Source: Trichinella spiralis (Eukaryota). Taken from it: a DNA stretch of 64,000 bases. Shown piece by piece: positions 39,779 through 53,797 of this stretch. Both the position numbers and the translations under genes were made by a program. Location: NCBI RefSeq assembly GCF_000181795.1, contig NW_003526942.1:1-64000 (forward strand), given 5' to 3'. The notes beneath the pieces were generated by a model. It ran no database searches, was not told the DNA's origin, and saw only the letters and a program-made list of their open reading frames with translations. How positions within the stretch are numbered: the stretch's first letter is position 1; each line of letters begins with the position of its first letter.

Positions 39779-41200
39779 TTAAATCGGCTCAGGCGTTATA
39801 TACATTAAAGCTTCTAGAAACTGCTCCAGCGTTCGTCTACCGTTGGTGTATTCACCCGTATATCGTGCAACCTGTCGTTGCTTTTGAGCATAAACCTTGT
39901 TAACCCGTCTTAAGTCACCAACGGTAGCGTTTCCTGATAGTACTTGCTGAATCAGGGTGTCCATCACACCCTATTCCGATATCAGGAGCTGGAGCAGTTC
40001 ATATAACCCGTTATGACTTTTACCCGCTTTTCTGTTGAGCCGATTATGCCAACCTTCCAAGTGGTTATTTGTTCTAATATTTACATTATATACATTCCAA
40101 AGCGGCAGTCTTTCATCGGTCATCCACTCCTGCCGAAAATATTGAAATAAAGCTGATAAGTTACCCGTAGTGCCTGCTTCAAGCAGGCTAACACCCGTAT
40201 TAACATGCGGTACAGGGAGGAAAGCGGTGGCCAGGAGCATTATTATCTTTCTCTTTGTCGGTTCCTCAGTTCTATATCTTGTTTTCAGTCCCAGCTCACC
40301 TACTTTCCTATGTACCGCCTGGCAGAAGTGGAAGTAGCAGCCCCGTACCCGCGTATTCGGGAAGTAACCCCGAATTGCAGGTATCAGGGCTGTTTCAAAA
40401 TCACAAATAATGGTATCTGGATTAAGGTCGACCTCCAGAACTGCCGCTTTGTCTATTAAAGCTTGAAAAATATACCCGTACGTTCCAATGTCTTTACCCG
40501 TACATAAACAATAGACTGCTGGCACCAGCTTGCCCGCCACAAAGGCATGGATGGTAAATAGCTGTTGATACCACTGATGTACAATCTTGAATGTACCATC
40601 CATGCCCCAGGTTCGACAGGCTGCCAGCAGTCTAATGTTGGTACCCGTCGCAAATACCAGTATATGCCTGCAGTTACTTTGGCACAATAAAAAGTCTTCT
40701 CCAGACTTCGTTGTTTTAAACTGATCTGGTATTACCAGATCATGCCGGTGTTCAGGAAGTCTGGGGAAGCGCTTCGCCCGGTGGCCATACATCGCGGCCC
40801 TTACCCGTCTAAAGAGAGGAAAATGGCCAAATGTTGATGGCTCGGCGGACGCGACGGAAGCTTCCTCGTCATAAATGGCCGGGATGGGCTTTGTTTCTTC
40901 CGCGCTGCGCTGTGCCAAAACCGCCCTCTTTTCCATTTTGTACGCCAAGTGTTCATCCACCGGGCAGCTTTCGATGTGATCATTCCGCTTGATCACCGTT
41001 GTCACATCGAGGTTGGTCCATACGGCACCACCACAGCCCTTTTTATCCTATACCAAAATAAACTAATCCTTAATAATTAAGGAAAAACACTGTACATTTA
41101 GCACATACTTGGGGGGCACCTCCAATATTTTTTTCTGGCGGCACGTTTTAATTTATATGCCCTGCCTTCATAAACAAGGGACATGCCACCGCAACGATTT
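39779..41200 (-). pseudogene. FLYWCH-MULE transposase with one intron (41048-41108), a premature stop at 39971-39973 and a frameshift near the 5' end
   Basis: Motifs LVYEGRAYKL..YWRC|DKKGCGG, MDGTFK, QLFTIH, CDFETAL, GCYFHFCQAV and RTNNHLEGWHNRLN. The 344-aa and 62-aa ORFs are in frame across SE*GVMDT. Confidence 0.9.
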
Positions 41201-41738
41201 TGCACAAAATGCAACTCCGGTAAATTAGCCATAGGTAAAAGAAAGAAAATGATTTCAATAATTCAGGATCGAAAGCACTGGTCTCAAAGACAATAACAAA
41301 GGAAAATGAATCGGACGATTTTGATATCATTTCATATAACCATTTTGCAACATTTAGTTTTCATTTCTCATTGATTTATTACCGATTTCCCTCTTGATAT
41401 ATAAATCTGCTCCCACTGTTTGTAAATAAATTTGCCTGTTGAAATTTATCAAGATTAGATGCTCACTTCCGGGTGTAAAGTCAAGATACTGAATAATCTC
41501 TTTGAAAANNNNNNNNNNATTTATAGCATTATTCATAATAGAAGTATTGTCTACAAATAAATCAGCAATGAGTGAAACGTAACAAGTTGAAAGATATTAT
41601 TTGAGGTAGCAATAATAGTTGTATGAAACTTCATTCACATTTTGTTGGGCAGACCTTTAGAGCTAATTGTTTCCGGAGAAACGCTTTTTATCGCTTGTTT
41701 TCGTAGGCTAAATTACATTCAGAATAAAGTTTTATGCA

Positions 41739-44433
41739 TTATTCGTATGTATCATTTGTAGCATCATACCGACGGGCTATTTCGAACACTGATGACGAAA
41801 CCTCTGAATTATCTAATGTTCGGCGATACTGCTTCCTTCTTGCTTTCGATTTTTTTTCAAGTCTGAAATATACATGCAACATAAAGTGATATACATGATT
41901 TATGTCGTTCTGTAACATTTTACCGACGAGTAGCTTGACCCATCTCAGAACTACGCGAACTATCATTCTTCGGTTCATCTACTTTTTCATTATACTTTAC
42001 AACTGGACCAGACGATTTGGAAGCGGTTGCAGTTGCTTGTTTCCTCGATCTAAATTACTTGCAACCTAGACTTGATGCATTATTCCAATGTACATTTGTA
42101 CATTTTTACCGTTTCCCTTTTCGCGATAATGAAGACCGTTCAGAAGAATTATTTTCTGCTTTTCCATTCGACTGCCTCGCAAATGCCTATTGTTTTCAAT
42201 AAAATATAACTCCGTACTTTTGATTTGAAAGGAAAAAGTAAATTTTTTAAAAAAAATTGGAAAATTGCAAATACGCTTCTACATTTTCCACGTTATAAAC
42301 TGAACAATGTTCAAAAAAGCCATTACAGTTAATACGATGTGAAAAATTTTATATAAATATTACCTTGAATAAAATAACACACAATGGAATAATTATTACG
42401 ATGAAGATGAACAGTATTGCAAATAGCACTTTCTGCATTTTTGTTAGCTTCCGTAGATAAACGTAAATTATATTTAATTCTAAATAAAAAAAATATGTTT
42501 GTGATTACTTTTTGTTTTGGATTAAATAATAAGGCATACGAATTTCACAAACAGTCCCCGTGTATTCATCTGTGCATTGACATTTGAAAGCACGTTCGCC
42601 AACTTGGTGGCAACTGCCCCCGTTCAGACATGCGGCATCATCGCTGCAATTTCCATTTTCTGTAATTGCCAAAACAATGCACAAATTGCAATTATTAATA
42701 AGCGCACGTTTATTTCTGCTGAGCAGTATTTATTTATGCAAATAATAGAACATTACAGTGTTCATGAGAAAATATTAAGCAACTTACTGAATTCACAGAA
42801 GGCGCCAGAAAAGTCAGAATGGCACTTGCAAAACCTGACTGAATCGACTGAAGCACAAAGACCACCATTCAAGCATTCAGAAGATGAATTACACTGCTTG
42901 ATCACTGAAATATCATTTTCAAATCAATGTAAAGATGATAAATTATTCAGACGACTGACTGTACAATGCAAAAATGAAACAAATATACAAATACAATTTT
43001 GACTGATATTCATTATGCTGTACATTTGTAAAAATCAAAATAAAAAATAATGCAATTACCATTTGTACAATTTTTGCCATAAAAGTTTTCTGCACATATG
43101 CATGTGTAATCCACACCAGTGTTGGTGCAACTTCCTCCGTTTTGACAAAATTCACGTTCAGCGCATGGATCATGAACTGCAATGTTAAATTAAAGATTTA
43201 ATAAAAGCTGAAATAAAACTAAATTCAATATGCTCAAACTGCTCATTAGAATCTAGTAAAACTGTTGTTATATGCAATTTGAATTTAAAATATGTTACCA
43301 TTCTCACAAAACTGTCCATACTGAAGTTCATTGGAACAAGTACACAAAAGTTCTGTTCCCGACGTGTTCACTAATCCACCGTTTCGTTCGCATTTCAGTT
43401 TGAATTCTTCAGAATCTCTGTTCGTGGAAGCATTATTACAGGATACAACTGTCCATTGGGTTTCATAGCAGCATTCCGCTGCTACATCACTGCATGTTTT
43501 ATTTTCTGCTATAGTTGCCAAATTTGGACGATATCTCACTGAAGTACCATTTCCGCATGTTGTGGATGGCGTGCTCCACGGACTCCAGGTCCCTACGCAA
43601 GGACAATTACAAGGTTCTCCAAAATCTCGTTCTTTACAATCTAATCCATACGGCATTTCTTTTTCTGAAATTCTTTCAATACTGTACTGCGTGCAGCTTT
43701 TCGTCTCAACGGAATACGTGCAAGCTTTTGCCACCTTTCTGTCAATGCAGTCTGCGTATTCATCGTGAAGGCATGCAAAGAAATCACACGGCATCGCGTT
43801 GCAATCATACAAAACTTCATTGGATAAGTTCCATTTTAACAATTGTTGATCTAAAGACAAGCATCTGCAGTACGTACTTTTGGCAGCAGCAGAAACATTG
43901 GCAACAAGGGGGCTTTCATATATCAGCGGAGGGGGCACAACAGAACAATCAATACCAGTACAACACCTGTCTTCCTTACATTTATACAATCTACCCTCTT
44001 CTATTTTATCAGATATGTATTTGTATCGTATAACTTTACAATTTAGCAATTCCGTTCTGTTGCATTTTTCAATAAATATCTCTTCTTCAAGCTCATAAAC
44101 AGCTTCGTGTATCAAACGCACACCGGGGTGCAATAAAATGTTAGAAGTAGATCGTCGTTTGAAATTTGCATGCCTTAAAACATGCAAATCGTCTGGATTA
44201 ATGAAACGGTGTAGTTTCCCTTGCTTAAAATTTTCTTTGCAAAATTTATTTAACGTTATTATTGAAGAACCATCATACAACTCCTGTGCTGCTGATACCT
44301 TAACCAATGTTAAGCAGCTACCGTTTCCAATTGACCATCCCTCAAAATCATGCTCACTGCTTGAAACAGGACAGCCTGCATTCGCCATTCCACTGATAAA
44401 CATCGAACATGCAAAAAGTGTAATAATATTCAT
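41739..44433 (-). CDS. Type I membrane protein, ~643 aa: signal peptide, Cys-rich region, TSP1-like motif, 4 EGF repeats, TM helix, basic tail; exons 44433-43299, 43176-43060, 42904-42788, 42659-42540, 42479-42364, 42186-42110, 42049-41924, 41862-41739
   Basis: Signal peptide MNIITLFACSMFISGMANAG and motif WSPWSTPSTTCGNGTSVRYR. Phase-1 EGF exons encode CQNGGSC..C.C...FYGKNC, CLNGGLC and CLNGGSC. TM segment VLFAILFIFIVIIIPLCVILF. All introns are GT-AG with consistent phases; the tail exons are less certain. Confidence 0.8.
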
Positions 44434-46479
44434 AATGCTGAAAGCCTGAAAATATAGTTCTGTGTAAATATTAACATCGTAATGATATTATAATGAACAA
44501 AAATCTCGATCATATATGTAGTTTCAAAAAACGAATATTTTAAAAATTATAATGAATGTATGTCGCCTGTAATAAAATAAAAAGCTACTTTCCTAAAATA
44601 AAATATCTTGCTTTCAAAAAATTTGATATTTGCATAATCGAGTTCAAAACGTGGACTAATAATGTTTTAACTAACCAAAACCATGCAGAGCAATGATTTG
44701 ATGATTATCCAATGCGCAATATTTTTCTAAGTAAACTTGTAAAAAATTGCCATTGTTGATCAAACGCTGTTTAACCCAGCATGTTGACAACACAGTGAGA
44801 TTCGAGAAAATAAGTTGAAAGTTGCAAAAAAAATTAATAATTACAGCTCTACCTTTTTGTAAATAATACAATTAAGCAGTTATCATTGTTGTACTTTGAT
44901 TTGGCAAAGCACAGCTAAGATGACAATGGAAATCATATCTCAGTATGTTGAAAATAATTCAAAAAAACCACTTACTTTCTAATGCGGCAAAGAACGTTGA
45001 AAACGATCAAAATGATCCTATCGAATTATGTCAAACAATATATAATGAAAAATGCTTTAAAGTGAGTGTTTTAAACGCGCTTTAAACAAAACTTGTACTG
45101 TAAGCTGCAATTTCATGCCTGAATGCATTTTAAAGTAATAAAAGTGCATTCTCCACGATGTTCAAAATGTCTGGACTGCAGGCTGTATTTTTCAGTATTT
45201 TGCATTTTACATTGAAAACAAAAACGAATGAGAATTCATTTAGTGCATTTTTCACAGTTAACCATCATTATTAGCAGTGAATGCGCGGAGGATAACAGGA
45301 AATTATGCGAAATCCAAAAGCACAACCACCTCCATTGCTTCAATTGTTAAACTTCAAAAATAATAATTAAACTTGCATATTTACACACGGCGCAATGACA
45401 ATTAAAAAGTTGAAAATGGAACTTTTCCCAATGCTTTGTGAAACAATCGTTAAATGCAATGTATTTTGTATTTACCAGTTTTCTCTTCATTTTTTCCAAG
45501 AAAAAGCAAGCAAGTATTACTCTGTATAATAATTGCATACTACTTGCAATTCCATTACAACATTCAAGTGACTATCGACATTACTCTTCTTTTAAGTCAA
45601 ACATTTGGATGGTTTTAAAATAGTCCATTATTGTCGCCAAATTTGAAAATCGTCTTAAATGTTTCCATTTCTTTACTCCTTTATTCATATTTCAAAAAAT
45701 ATCGTTCACAATAATTTTATTTTACAAAAACAAACCATATAAAATTATCTTTGAAACAATTCGCCTTACAACACTTCTGAACTTCATAAAAAGAATGAAT
45801 TTAATACAATTAATCCTGCAATTTATCACTTCAAAGGCAACACATGACAGCGAGATAAAAAACAATTATGCAACAAATATTCGATTAAAAATTAATAAAA
45901 TTTTGTTGCAAAAAGAGCCTTCCGTTGTCATACACTACAACAATAAATAATACAATGCTACTTGAGAAGCAAATATCACAGACATCAACAAACAACCAAT
46001 ATAACAGTAAAAGTCTTTATTTTCTTTATACATTATATCATTCTTCGGTTGCTGCTAACGTCTAATTTTAAAATACTACAAAATGCTCCATGCAAATGAA
46101 TTGTATAGCCAAAGTTTTCTGTTCAATGAAGCATGCGATTGATCAATCAGAAAATGTTTTGTTTTCGATAAGCACCTTCTTGACAATTTTCCCCGGCTCC
46201 AAAGATTGTTCCATCAAATCTCAAGCCCAATACGCTATCTTTACATTCCATTTACTTCAGCAATTGTCGAAATTTTGAAACCATGCAATAAATTTAGCCC
46301 AAACTGCAAACATACATTTTCCATATTCGACAGTAATAAAATTCCAGCTTCATTCTGAGCTGCTCTTCATTTTTGCCCGCTTCAGTTAAATTCACTTGCA
46401 CACATTTATACCATCTTCTCATCGTTCTGTATATTGTACAAATAATTTTTCATTCAGAAACAACTGTCAGCATGATTGT

Positions 46480-46930
46480 CAATGAAATGGCACTTGCAAA
46501 ACTTGACTGAATCGATTGAAGCACAAAAACCGCCATTCAAGCATTCAGAAGACGAATTACACTGCTTGATAACTGAAATATCATTTTCAAATCAATTTAA
46601 AGATGATAAATTATTCAGACGACTGATTGTACAATGCAGAAATGAAACAAATATACGCATACAATTTTGACTGATATTCATTATACTGTTACATTTGTAA
46701 AAATCGAAATAAAAAATAATGCAATTACCATTTGTACAATTTTTGCCATAAAAGTTTTCTGCACATATGCATGTGTAATCCACACCAGTGTTGGTGCAAC
46801 TTCCTCCGTTTTGACAAAATTCACGTTCAGCGATCATGAACTGCGATCTTAAATTAGCAATTAACGCAAGATTAAGATTTAATAAGAGGTGTAATGAAAC
46901 AAGTATGCTCAAACTGATCATTAGAATCTG
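46480..46930 (-). pseudogene. Partial duplicate of EGF exons 2-3 of the 41739-44433 gene
   Basis: High identity to about 42818-43255 including introns. A small deletion alters the start of the exon 2 copy and the exon 3 copy is truncated. Confidence 0.85.
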
Positions 46931-47898
46931 TAATGATTCACTCAAAAGCCGAGTTTTATTAGACAGAACGCAAGCAATATACGAGATACAATCATGAGAT
47001 AATGTTATAGTATCACGTAGGATTTTCAAGTAAGGGAACTAGTTTACTGTATCTACTACAGAATCAACTGAAAATTAGCAAATATATGAATACTTTTTAT
47101 TTGGTATGATTTTATTATTGTTGCAATTGATGACATAGTAATTACAATTATAAGATGAATATTTATAATTACTAAATTTGAGTGAAAGTTTATACGGACA
47201 ATACAAAATATTCTTCTTAATAATATAATTTTACTTGAATATTATTACTGTAGTACAGTATTATTTTTTAAGTGAGTTATTTTTGGAATAATGATTTTTT
47301 TGCATTTGACAACAAAAAGCATTTTATTTATATACACTGTTTTATGTGAAGTTTATAATTTTATAATTTGTTGTATTCTACGGTTAGATTTGTACAATGA
47401 AGACTATTCAGAGTAATGTAAGGGAATTTGAAAAGTAAAAAGAAATTAATTTACCGGAAAATGTGAATTTATATTATTTTGCGCAAGAAAAATTTTTTAA
47501 ATATTTTTGTAAAACAATGATCCCGGTTCACGCGAAATGTATGATAATTGTTATAGTTTCGAAATTTGCATGTATTGTAATTTTGTTTTGTTAAATTCGT
47601 CTTCATTAGTCATTTTGAAATTTGAAAAAAGTACAGAATGAAAATGAAGTATTTTTATTCTGAAAATGGAAAGCACAACAACGCTAATAACGTCGAAAGT
47701 ATTTTAAAATAGATTTATTGCGAAAGATAGTCGACATGTGGTGAATTGTAAGTCGCAGTTAGGTTAAGGAAAAGATTTTTTAATTAATAATTTTCTTTTT
47801 ATTATGCATTCGTGGGTATTTTGTAAATCAACTCTACTGAGCAATTTTAATATTTTGTACTGTAATGTTGGTTTGTTTATTTCATAATTGTTTTCATT

Positions 47899-49496
47899 TC
47901 ATTTGCAAAAGGGAAACCCACCGTCACTGTTTTCCATGTTCAATTTATGGAGTAGATTGTTCGCATCGATAATTCGTACATCAGTGCTGTCCAACAATTG
48001 TTCTATGTAAATTGTCATAGCATGTTGTAAACAGTGACGAAGTTTGTGAAAATCTATGAGAAAAAAAGAAAAGTAAAAGTAAAATGTATTGCTTTAATTA
48101 AAATGAAAGATTGAAGAAAAATTGGAAAACCTTGTTGTTGTTTCTCTTTTGTGCTTGCACGAACAATGTTGACCATCAGATCAGCTGTTCTTATGTCACG
48201 TTGATTTTGTCTAAAAATTATACAAATAAATAAATAAATAAATAAATGTCTGCGAGTGTGTTTTACATATTTATTGATATTGTAAGAGAATTATTATTTA
48301 CATAAATTTGGTTAATTCTAAAGCTTTCTTGTAATATTGTGAAGCTGATGATTTATCTTGCCGTTTATTGGTAGTATCGCCGAAGAGAATGATAGTTGAA
48401 ATTAATTTAATTGTTGAATCGATGTTATTTTCATCCAGTGTCGCTGTTGCTCGATTTAAATGTTGCTTGGCATCTTCTATCTTATTCAAATTTAAATAAT
48501 TCCTTAAAAATAAATAAACAATTTATATATTGATTGATTGATTGATTGATTTATACATGATAATTTCACAGTTGAATTCAGTAAGCCAGTATTGTGCTAG
48601 TTTTTCATTTGGAAGGTTGGATTTGTTTCGACGAAGCAGAATTAAAGCTCGTTTGAAAAAACGATTCGATTCTGCATATTGGCCATTCGTATGTTGTACT
48701 TGTCCAATCAGTAGCATCGATTCAAGTGCAACATTCAGCTGTTGCAAATTTTGCTCAGTCTGTTCACTTGCATCGAGTTGCAATTTTCCTTTCGTTGGTA
48801 GCAGTGTCAGATATTGCAATGCTGCCTTGGCGTGATCGCACGTTTGATTACTTAGATCTTGAAATTAAAAGAAAAAAAAAATCTATTATTTTCATTTTAT
48901 TATGATAATCAATAAAGCAAAAAAATAAACATATCTGCGGAAAATAATAAGTAACAGGAGGGAAAATGTAATAATTTTTGAGTAATTATTCACTTGTAGT
49001 GAGTGAATATTTTTCTCTGATTTATTATTTGACTTATTGATGATGAAAAATAAAGATAAATAAACGAATATATATATATCATTACTTTTCAATTTCCAGT
49101 AAATTTTGGCTAGCATACAGTGATGAACAGCCAGTAGTGTAGTATTCGTGTATCCGTATAAAATTTTCGTCAATGTCAAACATCGGACAGCAAATTCAAT
49201 GCACTTATCAGCCTGTGTTATTCAAATTACTCAATGAAAAGAAATAAATAAAATTATTTTTTCCTGTATACTTACCGTCTGTTTGTGAAACGCGTTTTTC
49301 ACTTCTTTTAAATAAAAATTAAGAAGTGTTTCAGGAGAATTTTTCCAATAAGATGATGATGATGGTGATGGCCTGTTGTTGTTATTGTGAATTTCATTTT
49401 CAAATACTTTTCTAAATAGTAAAAAGAAATTTTATTGAACATCATTCGCTCAGTTCATTCACAATATTTTACTCACGGTGATGATGTGGAATTCAT
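47899..49496 (-). CDS. TPR protein, TTC23/TTC23L-like, multi-exon
   Basis: The spliced peptide EFAVRCLTLTKILYG...LAVHHCMLAKIYWKLK.LSNQTCDHAKAALQYL resembles the TTC23 N-terminal block as I recall it. Later exons encode TPR-like helices (LIGQVQHTNGQYAESNRFFKRAL; ASQYYKKALEL). The last exon ends GFPFCK*. Confidence 0.65.
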
Positions 49497-50210
49497 GTAC
49501 AATTTGACGTTTTCAAAATTTCGTTCCAACGTTTTACTTTTTCACTTCACGATTCATTCATTATTTTGGTTGCTAGGCAACGCATTCAAATTCAATGTAT
49601 ACTGTAAATTGTGCACTTGTAATAATCACGATTCTATTGTTGGTTGAAAATGATAAAATTTAATTCGGCTTTGGAAAATAATAATGATTTTTTTCCTTTC
49701 ATCTAATTATAAATTTTAATTTTTATTATTAATCCTGTTCGGAAACCGTTCAGATATTCACCTCTTCAATAATAAATCTCAATTCAATTGATATTTTATA
49801 TTATAAAGGGGAATTTTTTTTCCCAATTATTAAATGATAAACAATTTTGAATATGTACAATTTTTATTTTTTTCAATTATTTCATGCTCGAAATTGTAAT
49901 TTTCTTTTCTTTTCTCTTTATAATTATGCGCATAATTGTGACAAGCAGTGGCGGTGATGTTTAGAAAATCAGCTTGTCCATAATAATAATAATAATAATA
50001 ATAATTGAATAGAATTTGTTAATAAATTGGGAATGGTGATTAAATTTTGCAGCACAAATTTTTAGGTCAAATGTAAACTGGAAATTGTTGTTTGCTCTGT
50101 TGAACGTTTGAGCGTGCAGGAGTGCTTTTGATGATGAAATTCATTTACTAGCTTGTTATATGATGATGTTGTTGTTGTTTTGCTCTTGAACAGGAAGGAA
50201 AGATTTGAAA

Positions 50211-51215
50211 ATGAGTGGAAATCTTACATGTCGAATTGGACCCTCAATTTTGAATTCGGATTTAGCTACATTAAGCTTGGAATGTGATCGTTTATTGAAA
50301 GCTGGAGCGGATTTTTTACACCTGGATGTCATGGATGGTCATTTTGTGCCGAACATTTCCATAGGGCCGGCAGTGATTCAATGTCTACGAAAGCACATAC
50401 CGAGACCGGTAATTTTTGACGTGCATTTGATGGTCGATCGGCCAGAACAATGGATAATGCCAATGGCTGAAGCTGGAACTGATTATTTTACTTTTCATTT
50501 GGAAGCATGCACGAATGTTGGTCAGTTCATCATTTATTCACTTTTTCTTTTCTATTTTTCAAGCAATTTAAATTATCTTCATTATTATTATTTGTAAATT
50601 TTTAACTACTTCTCCATTAAATACTTGACATGGAGCTTAGTTATGAAATTCGTATTTTCCACTTTTCTCGTTTATTTTTCACATTTGGCACGTAATAAGC
50701 CTTCATTTAAAATTTGAAATGAATCAGCATGTTTTATTGTAAAAGTTTTATAACGTAAATTATATATGCTTAATTTGCCGTACTTTTTTTTTCCTTTTCG
50801 TCCATTTTTTCTTGTAATTTATGTAGATGAAGTGATCACCGAAATCAAAGCAACCGGAATGAAATGCGGCATTGCTATTAAACCGAACACACCACTCGAA
50901 GACGTACTACCGTATTTACCTCGAGTTGACATGCTTCTTGTGATGACTGTTGAGCCTGGATTTGGTGGACAGTCATTTTTATTGGAAATGTTAGAAAAGG
51001 TTCGGAAGTGTCGGATGCAATTTCCTAAACTGGATATTGAAGTTGACGGTGGCGTTGGTCCTGCCAATATCAATCAGTGCGCTGAAGCCGGTGCCAACGT
51101 GATTGTTTCTGGAACAGCAATAGTCAAATCTAACGATCCAGAATCAACAATGAATTTCATGCGACAACGTGGCAATATGGTACTCAGACAGAAATTTCTT
51201 GCTTTCAATTTATAA
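50211..51215 (+). CDS. RPE: Ribulose-phosphate 3-epimerase, 232 aa; exons 50211-50520 and 50827-51215
   Basis: Motifs IGPSIL, LHLDVMDGHFVPN, DVHLMV, FTFHLE, LVMTVEPGFGGQ, IEVDGG and GANVIVSGTA. Phase-1 GT-AG intron. Confidence 0.96.
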
Positions 51216-52164
51216 TACATTTGTAATAATATTATTCCGCTGCTTATCAACATTCAATGTAAAACATTCCCACATTTTAATATGTAAATTTCACGGAAAT
51301 ATGCACACTGTATATATATATATATATACATTTTTTTCTTTCGTTTTCTTATTCCAGATATTTTCATTCATACATAACTAAAAAACTCAACCGACTTAGA
51401 AACAGTTTCGTCCTTTTGAAATTTTATTTAAATTTCTTCAGCATCATTTATTTTACTGTGTTTCTGTGATTGAAGCTAACAATCATATCACTTTTGCAAC
51501 TTTTCAGAATTAAAATCACTGTGCATATCCTTTTCCCATTCTGTCCGATTAAATCATTCATTTCTTTTTGATTTTAATATCCCACATAAATAAATAAATA
51601 AATAAACTAATTCATCTATTTTGTTAAGGAAATACCTTAGCACGCACAAATTGCTATACATTTTAATGTAAACTTTTACGGTTACGAAAAATAAAAATTG
51701 CACACCTTACATTACTTCAATATTAGAATGAAAAAATGCATCATCAAAAACTATCTGACATTTGCATTAATATAATTCACGGAAAAAGCATACATAGTAT
51801 TGTAAAATTTCAAACAGTAATAAATCTGAACGAATATTTCACGTAAAACATCAATCAATAATTGGATAGCAATGATAGTGAAAATAATTGATGCGCATGC
51901 ACAACACACCAATCAAAAATATTACATTTCGTACAAAAATAAGCATAATGAAGAAATGAATAATCATCACAAACATTCGCGGTAAAATTCATTTTCTGCA
52001 AAGTCAGAAATATCAATTGAAGACATAAAAAGGATTGATAAATTACTTCAATCAGTAAAATAATCAATCGTTAAAAAACAGCATTAATCAAAATTTTACG
52101 GTAATCAATTTGAAAAATAAAAAACTGTCCAGAAATTGCAAAAATCTTCCGTCCATAAAATTAT

Positions 52165-52404
52165 TCAATCCATCGGTTCAAATGGAAAATCTGGATGTTT
52201 CCTAGCCCTAAAAAGAAAATTATTTATCAAAATAAAAAAGTATACCGGTAAAAAATATTAATGGTACCAGTAGAAAAGGAACAATCGTTTCTTGATTGGT
52301 CTGTTTGCCAATGCAGACATATCTGATTCTTCAAGTTTAAAATCAAATACATTAAAGTTTTCTTTTATTCGACCTTCATTCGTGCTTTTCGGTATCACTA
52401 TCAT
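52165..52404 (-). CDS. AKR 3' fragment (part of exon 8 and exon 9), copy C; probably redundant assembly of copy D
   Basis: 51656-52404 repeats 52415-53164 almost exactly across a 10-N gap. Confidence 0.6.
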
Positions 52405-52923
52405 NNNNNNNNNNATACATTTTAATGTAAACTTTTACGGTTACGAAAAATAAAAATTGCACACCTTACATTACTTCAATATTAGAATGAAAAAATGCAT
52501 CATCAAAAACTATCTGACATTTGCATTAATATAATTCACGGAAAAAGCATACATAGTATTGTAAAATTTCAAACAGTAATAAATCTGAACGAATATTTCA
52601 CGTAAAACATCAATCAATAATTGGATAGCAATGATAGTGAAAATAATTGATGCGCATGCACAACACACCAATCAAAAATATTACATTTCGTACAAAAATA
52701 AGCATAATGAAGAAATGAATAATCATCACAAACATTCGCGGTAAAATTCATTTTCTGCAAAGTCAGAAATATCAATTGAAGACATAAAAAGGATTGATAA
52801 ATTACTTCAATCAGTAAAATAATCAATCGTTAAAAAACAGCATTAATCAAAATTTTACGGTAATCAATTTGAAAAATAAAAAACTGTCCAGAAATTGCAA
52901 AAATCTTCCGTCCATAAAATTAT

Positions 52924-53797
52924 TCAATCCATCGGTTCAAATGGAAAATCTGGATGTTTCCTAGCCCTAAAAAGAAAATTATTTATCAAAATAAAAAAGT
53001 ATACCGGTAAAACATATTAATGGTACCAGTAGAAAAGGAACAATCGTTTCTTGATTGGTCTGTTTGCCAATGCAGACATATCTGATTCTTCAAGTTTAAA
53101 ATCAAATACATTAAAGTTTTCTTTTATTCGACCTTCATTCGTGCTTTTCGGTATCACTATCATTCCACGTTGAATCAAATATCTCAACAAAATCTAAAAC
53201 ATTTAAACACCAATCAATCAATCAATTATACGCAATTATTTATTCACAAACAATAACCTGTGCTGGAGTTTTTTTGTGTATTTCTCCAATTGATTTCACA
53301 GCAGCATCTTCCAATGGTGCAGGCTCTTTGCTAAACAACAATGCAATATAATATGAATCTTGTTTTATATATATTTCTTTACTATTTACTTTATATCAGC
53401 AACACCTAAAATACCCAAATGACTTTCTTTCCTACCAGGACTACCAATTGGTCCATAAGCAGTGAATGAAATATTGTATTTCTTGCAAAAATCAAACAAT
53501 TCATTTTGTGGCCAATAAATATGACATTCAACCTAAGTTAATATTTATTTTCATTCAATAATCTGTCATATTAATAATCAAAAAGTCTACTTGAATATTA
53601 TGCGGAATTATTTCACAATTGTCGATAATTCTTGGCATTTGTTCGATGTTAAAATTTGACAATCCAATCGCACGCGTCAAACCCTTCTTATAAACTTCTT
53701 CCATTGCCTATGCACAATAATTTATTTATAAAATTACCCTTCTTCATTTTCTTTTTCTTCACTAAATTTTTACCTTCCAAGTTTCCAAATGATCCAC
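52924..53797 (-). CDS. AKR copy D, end of exon 4 to exon 9; the 5' part lies in the N-gap
   Basis: Reverse complement of 26073-26946 with few substitutions (HKKT vs HRKT; EQMP vs EQMQ). Confidence 0.88.

Noticed and set aside
51656..53164. Tandem duplication of the AKR 3' end
   Set aside because: The two copies are almost identical and meet at a 10-N gap, typical of unmerged overlapping contigs.
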